This document shows, piece by piece, positions 50,876 through 59,831 of a DNA stretch of 64,000 nucleotides. This stretch comes from Candidatus Entotheonellaceae bacterium (GTDB taxonomy: Bacteria; Tectomicrobia; Entotheonellia; Entotheonellales; Entotheonellaceae): the NCBI GenBank assembly GCA_965238075.1, contig OZ250173.1, forward strand, positions 672,001-736,000. The letters are read 5' to 3'. A program made the position numbers and the translations under genes. The notes below the pieces were generated by a model, which ran no database searches, was not told where the DNA came from, and saw nothing but the letters and a program-made list of their open reading frames with translations. Numbering within the stretch: position 1 is the first letter of the stretch; each line of letters opens with the position of its first letter.

Positions 50876-51373
50876 ATGCGCAAGCTTACGTTCTGGCAGC
50901 GGCTTTACCTTCCTGAAATTCTTCGCGGCATGCTGGTCACAACGCGCCACTTCTGGATCAACGTGCTGCGGCAGCGCCACACGGTCACGCAGCAATACCC
51001 GGAAAAACCCACCTACGTGTCGGAGCGCTACCGTGGGCGCCACCGTCTGACGCGCAAGGAAGACGGCTCGCCCCGCTGCACCGCCTGTATGCTGTGCGCC
51101 ACTTCGTGTCCGGCCCTGTGCATCCATATCGTCGCCGCCGAGCACAGCGACCCGACGGTGGAAAAACACCCGGCTTCCTTCACTATCGACGAACTACGCT
51201 GCGTGTTTTGCGGCCTGTGCGTCGAGGCCTGTCCGTGTGACGCCATCCGCATGGATACCGGCATCTTCGCCCTGGCCGCCGAGAAGCGCGAGCATTTCAT
51301 CTATTCGCGCGAGTTGCTGCTGGGCGACGGCGTGCCCGAAAACATCGCCGAGGGCAAGGCACCCGCACATTAG
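50876..51373 (+). CDS. nuoI: NADH:quinone oxidoreductase subunit I
   Basis: TQQYPE, RYRGRH, CTACMLCATSCP, CVFCGLCVEACP. Confidence 0.93.
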   Translation: MRKLTFWQRLYLPEILRGMLVTTRHFWINVLRQRHTVTQQYPEKPTYVSERYRGRHRLTRKEDGSPRCTACMLCATSCPALCIHIVAAEHSDPTVEKHPASFTIDELRCVFCGLCVEACPCDAIRMDTGIFALAAEKREHFIYSRELLLGDGVPENIAEGKAPAH

Positions 51374-51400
51374 GCGGCTGCCCGCCGAGAGGAAAACCGC

Positions 51401-53452
51401 ATGGTGCCGACACGCGAGATATACGGCAACATCGTTGGCGGCGAATGGGTCTACGCTTTCATGGCGGTGTCCTTCGGCATTCTCGGCTGGGCCCTTTACC
51501 GACGCTATCGGCTGTGGATGCAGGGCCGTGCGGAAGACCGCCTGACGGACGTGTGGCGGCGCTGCAAGGCCATGCTGGTCTACGGCCTCGGGCAGAAAAA
51601 GACGCTGCGCGAATGGCCGGGGGTGCTGCATTTCTGCATGTACATCGGCTTCGTGGTGCTGTTCATCGGCACTCTCATGGTGGCGGTGCACGAAGACCTG
51701 GGCATCGAATTCCTGCACGGCCCCTTCTACCTCGTTTTTTCCCTCACCCTGGACCTGTTCGGCCTCCTGTGCCTGGTTGGCGTGGCCGGCCTCACCTGGC
51801 GGCGCTACGTCATCCAGCCCAGCGGCCTGGACAACCGCCGCGAAGACCTCATCGTGCTCGTGTGGTTCATCGCCGTGCTGCTCAGCGGTTTCGTGGTCGA
51901 GGGCGCCCGCATCGGCGGTACCGAGTTGCAACAGCACCCCGGCTGGGCGGTGTGGTCGCCGGTGGGTGCACTGATTGCCCTGGTGTTCACCGCTTTGGGT
52001 GTCAGCGAAAACCTCTTCCTCTTCTGGCACCGCGTATGGTGGTGGGCGCACATGGTCATCACCTTCGGGTTCCTGACCTACATCGGCTTTTCCAAGCTCA
52101 GCCACCTCGTCTTCTCCCCTGCCAACCTGTTTCTGCACAAATTCCGCGCCAACGGCGAATTGGCGCCCATCGCCAATCTGGACAAGGCGCTCGAAGGCGA
52201 CGAAGAAGCCATGGCGAGTGTGCGCTTCGGCGCCGCCAACCTGGCCGATTTCACCTGGAAGCAGCTCCTCGACCTGGACGCCTGCACCCGCTGCGGGCGC
52301 TGCCAGGACAACTGTCCGGCGTGGCTGAGCGGCAAGCCGTTGTCGCCGAAGTTCGTCATTCTGGACCTGCAGCGGCACATGAACGCCACGGCCGCCGCCG
52401 TCTTGCGCGGTGACGAACCCAACGGCGTGTCGATGATCGGTGACGTCATTTCGGAGGACGTATTGTGGTCCTGCACCACCTGCGGTGCCTGCGAGGAGAA
52501 CTGCCCGGTTGGCATTGAGCACGTGGACACCATCGTTGACATGCGCCGCAACCTGGTCCTCGAGCAGGGCCGCATGCCGGAGACCGCCGAGGCGGCGCTG
52601 CGCAGCCTGGAGCAGCGCGGGCACCCGTGGCGCGGCACCCAGGAAACCCGCACCAGTTGGACCGAGGGTCTCGACATTCCGTTCATCGCCGATCATCCCG
52701 ACGCCGAATACCTCTTCTGGGTCGGTTGCACCGGCGCCTTGGTCGAACGCAACGTCCAGGTCACCCAGGCACTGGCGACCATTCTCAAACGCGCCGAAGT
52801 CAGCTTCGCCATCCTCGGGCAGGACGAAACCTGCACGGGCGATCCGGCACGCCGCCTGGGCAACGAATACCTCTTTCAACTGCTGGCCCAGCAGAATATC
52901 GCCACCCTGCAAGCCCACAACGTGCGCAAGATCGTCACCCACTGTCCGCACTGCTTCAACACGTTGAAGAACGAGTACCCGCAGTTCGGCGGCCACTTCG
53001 AGGTCATGCACCACAGCCAGCTTATCGATCAGCTGCTCGCCGCCGGGCGCATCACCCCCACCCAGGCCAGCCGCGACAAGGTGACCTACCACGACGCCTG
53101 CTACCTCGGCAGGCACAATGGCGTGTTCGCCGCGCCGCGTCAGGCTCTGGACGCGATTCCCGGCTTGCAGACGCGGGAGATGGAGTGGAACCAACGGCGC
53201 GGGCTGTGCTGCGGCGCCGGCGGCGGTCACGCCTTCATGGAGGTCAACATCGGTCAGCGGGTGAACCACATCCGCACCGAGCAGGCCATCGAAACCGGCG
53301 CCGACGTGGTGGCCACCGGCTGCCCGTTCTGCATGCAGATGTTCGCCGACGGCGTCAAGGCCAAGGGCGTGGAGGACAGCCTGCGGGTGCAGGACATCGC
53401 CGAGATCGTCGCCGCATCGCTGCCGCCCGAGGCGGAGGAGACATCGTCATGA
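51401..53452 (+). CDS. FadF/HdrD-like membrane-bound Fe-S oxidoreductase
   Basis: N-terminal multi-TM domain with His residues (LHF, AHM, SHL); CTRCGRCQDNCP; CTTCGACEENCP; two CCG-type domains (CTGD/CPHC; HDAC/CCGAGG/CPFC). Confidence 0.88.
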   Translation: MVPTREIYGNIVGGEWVYAFMAVSFGILGWALYRRYRLWMQGRAEDRLTDVWRRCKAMLVYGLGQKKTLREWPGVLHFCMYIGFVVLFIGTLMVAVHEDLGIEFLHGPFYLVFSLTLDLFGLLCLVGVAGLTWRRYVIQPSGLDNRREDLIVLVWFIAVLLSGFVVEGARIGGTELQQHPGWAVWSPVGALIALVFTALGVSENLFLFWHRVWWWAHMVITFGFLTYIGFSKLSHLVFSPANLFLHKFRANGELAPIANLDKALEGDEEAMASVRFGAANLADFTWKQLLDLDACTRCGRCQDNCPAWLSGKPLSPKFVILDLQRHMNATAAAVLRGDEPNGVSMIGDVISEDVLWSCTTCGACEENCPVGIEHVDTIVDMRRNLVLEQGRMPETAEAALRSLEQRGHPWRGTQETRTSWTEGLDIPFIADHPDAEYLFWVGCTGALVERNVQVTQALATILKRAEVSFAILGQDETCTGDPARRLGNEYLFQLLAQQNIATLQAHNVRKIVTHCPHCFNTLKNEYPQFGGHFEVMHHSQLIDQLLAAGRITPTQASRDKVTYHDACYLGRHNGVFAAPRQALDAIPGLQTREMEWNQRRGLCCGAGGGHAFMEVNIGQRVNHIRTEQAIETGADVVATGCPFCMQMFADGVKAKGVEDSLRVQDIAEIVAASLPPEAEETSS

Positions 53453-54660
53453 CACCGCGCCCCATCTACCTCGACCACCACGCCACCACGCCGCTCGACG
53501 ACGCCGTGCTCGAGGCCATGATGCCGTACCTGACCGACAAGTTCGGCAACGCCTCCAGCCGCACCCACGCCTACGGCTGGGAGGCCGAGGAAGCCGTGCA
53601 CCAGGCGCGCGAGCAGGTGGCCTCTCTGATCAACGCCAGGCCGGAGGAAATCGTCTTCACCAGCGGCGCCACCGAGTCGGACAACCTGGCCCTGAAGGGC
53701 ATCGCCCGCGCCTACCAGGATCGGGGCAATCACATCATCACCACCACCACCGAGCACCGCGCCATCCTGGACGCCTGCCAGGCGCTCGAAGCCGAGGGTT
53801 TCGACGTGACCTACGTGCCGGTGGACCGCGGCGGCCTCGTGGATCCCGAGGACGTGCGCCGAGCCATCACGCCGCGCACCATCCTGATTTCGGTGATGTA
53901 CGTCAACGCCGAGATCGGCACCATCGCCCCCCTTGCCGACATCGGCGCCGTGGCGAGAGAGCACGGCGTGCTGTTTCACAGCGACGCGGTGCAGGGCGTC
54001 GGCAAAATCGCCTGCAACGTGGATGACCTGCGTGTCGATCTGATGTCCATTTCCGCCCATAAGATATACGGCCCGAAGGGCGTCGGTGCACTGTACGTGC
54101 GCAAGACGCACCCAGAGCGGATCCGCCTGCACCCGATGATTGACGGCGGCGGACAAGAACGCGGGTTGCGCTCCGGCACCGCCAACGTCCCCGGCATCGT
54201 CGGTTTCGGCAAGGCGTGCGAGGTGTGCCAGGCGCAATGGGAGCCCGAGGCCATCCGCCTGCGCGGCCTGCGGCATCGGCTGCACGAAGGACTGACGGCG
54301 CGCATCGACGACATTTATCTCAACGGCCACGCCGAACCCAGGCTGCCCGGCAACCTGAACGTCAGCTTCGCCTCCGTCCAGGGCGAATCGCTGCTGCTCA
54401 GCCTGCAGCACGTCGCGGCGCTGTCGGCGGGCTCGGCGTGCTCGTCCGGCTCGGACGAACCGTCTTACGTTCTGCGGGCCATCGGCATGGACGACATTCT
54501 CGCCAACGCCTCCATCCGCTTCGGCCTCGGGCGCTCCACGACGGCCGAGGAAATCGACATCGTAGTCGATGCATTGGTGGGAAAAGTGGCGCGGTTGCGC
54601 GCGCTGTCACCCATGAGCAAGGGGCAGCCATTCGGATCCGCGCCGGCTGCTAACCGCTGA
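53449..54660 (+). CDS. iscS: Cysteine desulfurase
   Basis: YLDHHATTP, FTSGATES, SAHKIYGPKG, SAGSAC, IRFGLGR; ATGA overlap with the upstream gene. Confidence 0.93.
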   Translation: MTPRPIYLDHHATTPLDDAVLEAMMPYLTDKFGNASSRTHAYGWEAEEAVHQAREQVASLINARPEEIVFTSGATESDNLALKGIARAYQDRGNHIITTTTEHRAILDACQALEAEGFDVTYVPVDRGGLVDPEDVRRAITPRTILISVMYVNAEIGTIAPLADIGAVAREHGVLFHSDAVQGVGKIACNVDDLRVDLMSISAHKIYGPKGVGALYVRKTHPERIRLHPMIDGGGQERGLRSGTANVPGIVGFGKACEVCQAQWEPEAIRLRGLRHRLHEGLTARIDDIYLNGHAEPRLPGNLNVSFASVQGESLLLSLQHVAALSAGSACSSGSDEPSYVLRAIGMDDILANASIRFGLGRSTTAEEIDIVVDALVGKVARLRALSPMSKGQPFGSAPAANR

Positions 54661-54688
54661 TCATTTCATAAATTAGACGCCCGCGGTC

Positions 54689-55603
54689 ATGGCCGACATT
54701 TACCAACCTCACGACAGGCTTTTCCGAGCCGTTTTCTCCGACGCCGGCGAGGCCGCCAGCCTGTTGCAGGCAGCACTGCCCGACACCGTCCGCAACAGCT
54801 TCGATTGGAGGACCCTGACCTTGGTCGAGGGCACCTTCATCGACGAGGACCTACGCGAAAGCCAGTCCGACCTGCTCTACGAGGTACAGCACACCAGCAC
54901 CGGACAACCCGTGTCGATGTATATGCTCTTCGAGCACCAGTCGTCACCCGACCCGTGGATTCGCCTGCGGCTGCTGCGGTATTGCTGCCGCATCTGGGAA
55001 GGCGATCTGCGTGGCGGTCCAGACCGGCACGAGTTGCGGCCTATCGTGCCGGTGGTATTCTATCAGGGCGAGCGCGGTTGGAATTATTCGACGGAGTTTG
55101 CCGATCTGTTTCCCGAAGCCGCACGCTCCTGGCCGTGGGTACCGCGGTTCACCCACGAACTGATGGACCAGACGACCCTGGAACCCGAGACAGTCACCGG
55201 CGGCATCAAGGGCCGCATCGCCCAGTTGCTGATGATGGTCGCGTTCGGCCGCAACGTGGAAGCGGCACTGGACTGGGCGGCGCGCTGGGCTTTGTCACTG
55301 AGCCAGGCCGGCAGCGGGGTCGATGAACTCCGCCGATTCTTCGTGTACCTGATGGCGACACAGGAGTACGAGGTGATCGAGACGTTCAGGGAGGCGCTCA
55401 GACGCCATGGACTCGAGCGAGAAGGAGAGAGCATGACGTATGCGGAAGAACTCTTGGCGAAAGGGCGGACGGAAGCCCAAGTCGAAGTCGTGGAGGGTTT
55501 TTTGCGGGTCGGCGTGACGTGGGAGGTCATCGAGGCCGCCACCGGGCTGACCGAAGCCGGCTTCCAGGCGCTCAAGGCACAGTTATCAGAGTCTGATTCG
55601 TAG
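54689..55603 (+). CDS. Rpn-family (transposase_31/PD-(D/E)XK) nuclease
   Basis: PHDRLFR, FIDEDLRESQSDLLY, FEHQS, PVVFYQG...W, MTYAEEL. Confidence 0.9.
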   Translation: MADIYQPHDRLFRAVFSDAGEAASLLQAALPDTVRNSFDWRTLTLVEGTFIDEDLRESQSDLLYEVQHTSTGQPVSMYMLFEHQSSPDPWIRLRLLRYCCRIWEGDLRGGPDRHELRPIVPVVFYQGERGWNYSTEFADLFPEAARSWPWVPRFTHELMDQTTLEPETVTGGIKGRIAQLLMMVAFGRNVEAALDWAARWALSLSQAGSGVDELRRFFVYLMATQEYEVIETFREALRRHGLEREGESMTYAEELLAKGRTEAQVEVVEGFLRVGVTWEVIEAATGLTEAGFQALKAQLSESDS

Positions 55604-55873
55604 GCTCTTCAGGATTTAGGCGTCGTCGTAAGGTTTGTACCTGAAATTACTCTAACGGCATTCATGCTACAGCGGCTTCCGGTTGCGGGCCGCGGCGACG
55701 CAGAATCCCTCACCCATGCTCCACTCAGGACCTGACGGCAGCCCTTTCAGACGGGATTCGCCCTACCGTTTTGAGGCAAGGTCTATGTCGTCATTAGGGG
55801 CGAGAATTGTGCGGTGGAGCGCCTACCGCCACCGCGCCAGTCGCCGACTCTACAAGTCGGGGAGAATGGGGGA

Positions 55874-56284
55874 GTGGAAACGGTTATTGTTTCGCTGCTA
55901 TCGGGTTTGGTCGGCGCAGTCCTTGCTTCGATCGGCACGCTCCTTGCGGTGTATCTCAATTCGCGGCTTGAGAAAAAACGCTACCGGCTACAGTGGAAGC
56001 GAGACGTTCTCGCCCGATCTGTCGGCTATCGGTACCTCCTTGTGCCTCCTTGGATATGGAGAAACAGCGGTGAGCCGTACATCGCTCTCAATGAAGCGTT
56101 TGTCGCATTTGACGATTCTCCACCCGTGATTGATGCCTTAGAAAAGTATCGTGTGGATCGAAACAACAACAATCTCGTGACCCTTTTCAAAGCGATGTTC
56201 AAATCGTCAGGTGTGCATTTCGATCACTTGAATGACGATTTTATCATCCATCCGCTCGGTCCCCCGACCCCGAAGGATGAATGA
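55874..56284 (+). CDS. DUF6680-like protein with N-terminal TM helix
   Basis: TM, then KRDVL...YRY...YIALNEAFVAFDDSPPVIDAL...LVTLFKAM; lower GC than the flanks. Confidence 0.55.
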   Translation: METVIVSLLSGLVGAVLASIGTLLAVYLNSRLEKKRYRLQWKRDVLARSVGYRYLLVPPWIWRNSGEPYIALNEAFVAFDDSPPVIDALEKYRVDRNNNNLVTLFKAMFKSSGVHFDHLNDDFIIHPLGPPTPKDE

Positions 56285-56940
56285 GGCGACAAAGGGGCTT
56301 GGCGGAAGTTGGGAGATTAGGAAGAGTGACGAAGTTCGTCCTGCTGATGCTTGCTGTTGGGATTGGATCCATACTGTCGATACTGCCGCTATTCGTAGCA
56401 GTCATGCCGTCACCTTGGAGAGAAGTGGTCATCCTCGGGATAGTTGGGATAGCCCTCTCACTAGCGGCGGCCGTGATATCGAGGTGGGGAGAGAAGCGAA
56501 GAAAGGCAAAGGAGCTAAAACAACTTCAGATGGAGGCGGAGCGGCAGGCAGAAGAAGAAAGGAGATTGGAAGAGGCAAAGGTAGTGTGGTGGCAGGATGA
56601 AAAGACGAGACGGGAAGGGGAAGAGCGGGAACGAGGGAAGCTGAAGGAGATAACGGGGCAAAAGCAGGAGGAAAGGGGACCATGGTTATTCGACATCCAA
56701 CGCCCACGCCCCATCGACGAAAAGCACACTCTGTACGGCTGGCAAGAAGGCCGGTGCAACGGCTGTGGCGTGCTGTTTCACTTCCGCAACCTGACCCTAG
56801 ACCACATCACGCCGAGAACCAACGACGGCCCGGACCATATCGACAATTTGCAGTTGCTGTGTGGCACCTGCAATTCGCTCAAAGGCGCGGGAACGCATGA
56901 AGAATTGCTTGAGAAGCTACGTTCCCAGGGGGTTACCTAA
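56281..56940 (+). CDS. Two-TM + coiled-coil + HNH endonuclease protein
   Basis: Two hydrophobic helices, a Glu/Arg/Lys-rich coil, then CNGC...LDHITPR...DNLQLLCGTCNSLKG. Confidence 0.78.
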   Translation: MRRQRGLAEVGRLGRVTKFVLLMLAVGIGSILSILPLFVAVMPSPWREVVILGIVGIALSLAAAVISRWGEKRRKAKELKQLQMEAERQAEEERRLEEAKVVWWQDEKTRREGEERERGKLKEITGQKQEERGPWLFDIQRPRPIDEKHTLYGWQEGRCNGCGVLFHFRNLTLDHITPRTNDGPDHIDNLQLLCGTCNSLKGAGTHEELLEKLRSQGVT

Positions 56941-57072
56941 TAGTCCAAATAGGACTTGTTAGAACGCCCCGGATTGGCCACAGACTGCCAGGCTGCCGGA
57001 TTGCCCCACACAGCCAACGTCGCGCCGCCGACAAGGCCGGGAGGTAGGGGTCTATTGTGGGAGGGAGGAATC

Positions 57073-57933
57073 ATGACTCAGGAAAACGACAGGCCTTTTT
57101 CAGAACGATGCGGATATGTGCGCAAAGCGATGCAAATTGAATCCATGGACGCAGCGCTTAAGAACGGCCTGTGGAATGCGTTTCTTCAGCATGTATGGGA
57201 TCGGTATCCGCTCGGCCGGAACACCCAATATATGGCGAGTTTCTGTGAGAATCTTTGGCAAGGGCACTTCAAAGAAAGGAGAGACGATTTCAACAAGTTC
57301 AAGAACCCCTACAGTCCCGAGCCTGGTTATAACTGGTATTTATGGCTGAATGCGTTTAGAAGCCGATTTGATGGAAGCGATTGGTATGAAGTTTATGACT
57401 TTCTCGAATTTGTAGGGATTCAGTGTCCCCGCATGAGTTCAGGCCCCTTCATGGAAGCGTGCAACGTAACGCTCGAACGCGAACGAGCCGCATACAGGTT
57501 TGTGGGTGGGCGCATTGCGCCCATTACAAACGACCTGGAGATTGAAACAATTGACTCTGCCATAGAGGAGAGAGAGGGGCCTGCTGTCCATATACGCAAT
57601 GCCTTGGAAAAGCTTTCCGACCGAAAGACACCTGATTACAGAAACTCAATCAAAGAGTCCATTTCTGCTGTTGAAAGTCAGGCTCGGATAACTATGAGGG
57701 ATGAAACAGCAACTTTAGGGGTACTTCTCACCAGCTTGCAAAGGGAGCGTGGGTTGCCTGCGCCACTTAAAAAAGCCTTTTCCACGCTCTATGGATATAC
57801 GTCAGGTCCAAGCGGAATACGGCACGGCCTTGTGTCTGAAGGAACGGAGGTGGGTTTCGACTTGGCCAAATTCATGCTGGTTGCTTGTTCTGCCTTCGTG
57901 AACTTTATTGCAGCCAGTGCAGAGGAAACCTGA
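57073..57933 (+). CDS. AbiJ-NTD4-like protein with C-terminal HEPN-like (GIRH) domain
   Basis: FSERCGY..MQIESMD..LKNGLWN; WYEVYDFLEF; DYRNSIKESISAVES; LYGYTS...GIRHG; GGAGG RBS. Confidence 0.72.
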   Translation: MTQENDRPFSERCGYVRKAMQIESMDAALKNGLWNAFLQHVWDRYPLGRNTQYMASFCENLWQGHFKERRDDFNKFKNPYSPEPGYNWYLWLNAFRSRFDGSDWYEVYDFLEFVGIQCPRMSSGPFMEACNVTLERERAAYRFVGGRIAPITNDLEIETIDSAIEEREGPAVHIRNALEKLSDRKTPDYRNSIKESISAVESQARITMRDETATLGVLLTSLQRERGLPAPLKKAFSTLYGYTSGPSGIRHGLVSEGTEVGFDLAKFMLVACSAFVNFIAASAEET

Positions 57934-58295
57934 TGCAACCCAACTGGCAGAACCGCACGATGTGGACAGGCGACAACCTGGACATCATGCGCGGCATGAA
58001 CGCCGAGTCCATTGATCTAATCTACCTCGCCCCGCCCTTCAACTCGAACCGCAACTACGCCGCGCCCATCGGCTCGGAAGCGGCCGGCGGCGCCTTCAAG
58101 GACACCTGCACGCTGAGCGACGTGGACGAAGCGTGGCACGGCAGGGGCATGAGGTCCTACCTCATCAGGATGTCCATGCGCCTCCTGGAGATGCGCCGCC
58201 TGCTTCAAGCCCATCGGCTCCCTCTACCTGCATTGAGACCCCACCGCCAGCCATTACCTCAAGATGCTAATGGATGCGGTGTTCGGGAAGGAAGG
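57933..58295 (+). pseudogene. Site-specific DNA methyltransferase (N6/N4 class) fragment
   Basis: GDNLDIMRGM..IDLIYL-APPF-NS (DPPF expected); internal deletion, frameshift, in-frame stop in YLH*DPTASHYLK; truncated before thiD. Confidence 0.78.
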
Positions 58296-58306
58296 ATCAT
58301 AGCACC

Positions 58307-59104
58307 ATGGTAGCCACGGCCCTCACCATCGCCGGCTCGGATTCCGGCGGCGGCGCCGGTATCCAGGCCGACCTGAAGACCTTTGCGGCCCTCGGCGTGT
58401 ACGGCACCAGTGCCATCACGGCCATTACGGCGCAGAATACCTGCGGCGTTGACGCCGTGCAGGCCATTGATGCCGACGTCGTGGCGGCCCAGATTCGCAC
58501 CGTGGCGTCCGACATTCCCATCGGCGCCGCCAAGACCGGCATGCTGTTTTCAACCGATATAATTCGAGCAGTGGCTGCCGCCGTTCGGGCCGCCAACCTG
58601 CCGTTTCTGGTGGTGGACCCCGTGATGGTTGCCACCAGCGGCGACCGCCTGCTGCAGCCCGACGCCGAGGCCAGCTTGCAAAACGAGGTCATCCCCTTGG
58701 CCACCGTCGTGACCCCCAACTTGGCGGAGGCGGGGGTATTGACCGGTACCAAGGTGCATACGCTCGACGATATGCGCGCCGCCGCCGAGCATCTGGTTGC
58801 GCACGGCGCCGCCGCCGTGGTGGTGAAGGGCGGACACGCCATCACCAAGGCGACGGACGTGTTTTACGACGGCAACCGCATGGACTTGCTGGAGAGCGTG
58901 GTCGTTGACACCACGAGCACCCACGGCACCGGCTGCACCTTTTCCGCCGCCATTTGCGCCTATCTGGCGCGCGGCGCCACACTTCTGGAGGCCGTGCGCC
59001 GCGCCAAGGCCTATCTCACCGGCGCCCTGCAAAACGCCGATCCGATCGGGCAGGGCAACGGGCCGGTCGGGCATTTCTGGAACGTCACCCATGCCGCGGA
59101 TTAG
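58307..59104 (+). CDS. thiD: Hydroxymethylpyrimidine/phosphomethylpyrimidine kinase
   Basis: IAGSDSGGGAGIQADLKT, DPVM, TPN, KGGH, THGTGCT. Confidence 0.96.
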   Translation: MVATALTIAGSDSGGGAGIQADLKTFAALGVYGTSAITAITAQNTCGVDAVQAIDADVVAAQIRTVASDIPIGAAKTGMLFSTDIIRAVAAAVRAANLPFLVVDPVMVATSGDRLLQPDAEASLQNEVIPLATVVTPNLAEAGVLTGTKVHTLDDMRAAAEHLVAHGAAAVVVKGGHAITKATDVFYDGNRMDLLESVVVDTTSTHGTGCTFSAAICAYLARGATLLEAVRRAKAYLTGALQNADPIGQGNGPVGHFWNVTHAAD

Positions 59105-59126
59105 GACGCTCCGGGACGCCTTCCAT

Positions 59127-59831
59127 ATGACGCCGCATCCGCAGACACCGGGGCAGCCCCGCGTTACCCTCAGCAAGAAAGCCTCGGCACCGGCGCCCAC
59201 TCGCTTGGGCGTCCTGGGCGGCGCTTACAATCCCATCACCCTGGCGCACCTGGCTGTTGCCGAGGCCGCCATGACGCGTTTCAGCATCGACGAGGTGCTG
59301 TTTCTGCTGCCGCAGGTACCGCCGCACAAAACGATCTTCGGCGCCTCCCTGGAGCAGCGTCTGGAGATGATGCGATTGGCGGTCGAGGACGCCCCGTATG
59401 CCGCCGTGGGGCTCAGTTCCCACGGCCTGTTCGTTGACATGTACGAGGGTCTGCTGGCGGTCTACCCACAGCGCCCGCAGGTGTATTTTCTCACCGGTCG
59501 CGACGCCGCTGAACGCATCCTTGCCTGGCACTACGACGACGCCGAAGCAGCTCTGAAACGTATGTTCGAATCCTTTCAATTCATCGTCTGCTCGCGTCAA
59601 GGGGCTTTCAGCCTGCCGGACGACCCGCTTCTGACGCCGTACCGCGACCGCATCCACAGCTGCGAATTGCCGCCGCAGGCCGACGCGATTTCCGCCACCG
59701 AAGTGCGTGAGCGGTGCGAACGGGGTCTGCGCATCGACGACCTCGTGCCCGCCCCGGTGGCCGATTACATCGCGGCGCACAAGCTATATGCAGCCTCATC
59801 TTCCATGCAAGGTATCGACCCATGCACATAG
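59127..59831 (+). CDS. nadD: Nicotinate-nucleotide adenylyltransferase
   Basis: GGAYNPITLAH, PPHK, RLEMM, GRD, ISATEVR, YI..HKLY. Confidence 0.8.
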   Translation: MTPHPQTPGQPRVTLSKKASAPAPTRLGVLGGAYNPITLAHLAVAEAAMTRFSIDEVLFLLPQVPPHKTIFGASLEQRLEMMRLAVEDAPYAAVGLSSHGLFVDMYEGLLAVYPQRPQVYFLTGRDAAERILAWHYDDAEAALKRMFESFQFIVCSRQGAFSLPDDPLLTPYRDRIHSCELPPQADAISATEVRERCERGLRIDDLVPAPVADYIAAHKLYAASSSMQGIDPCT

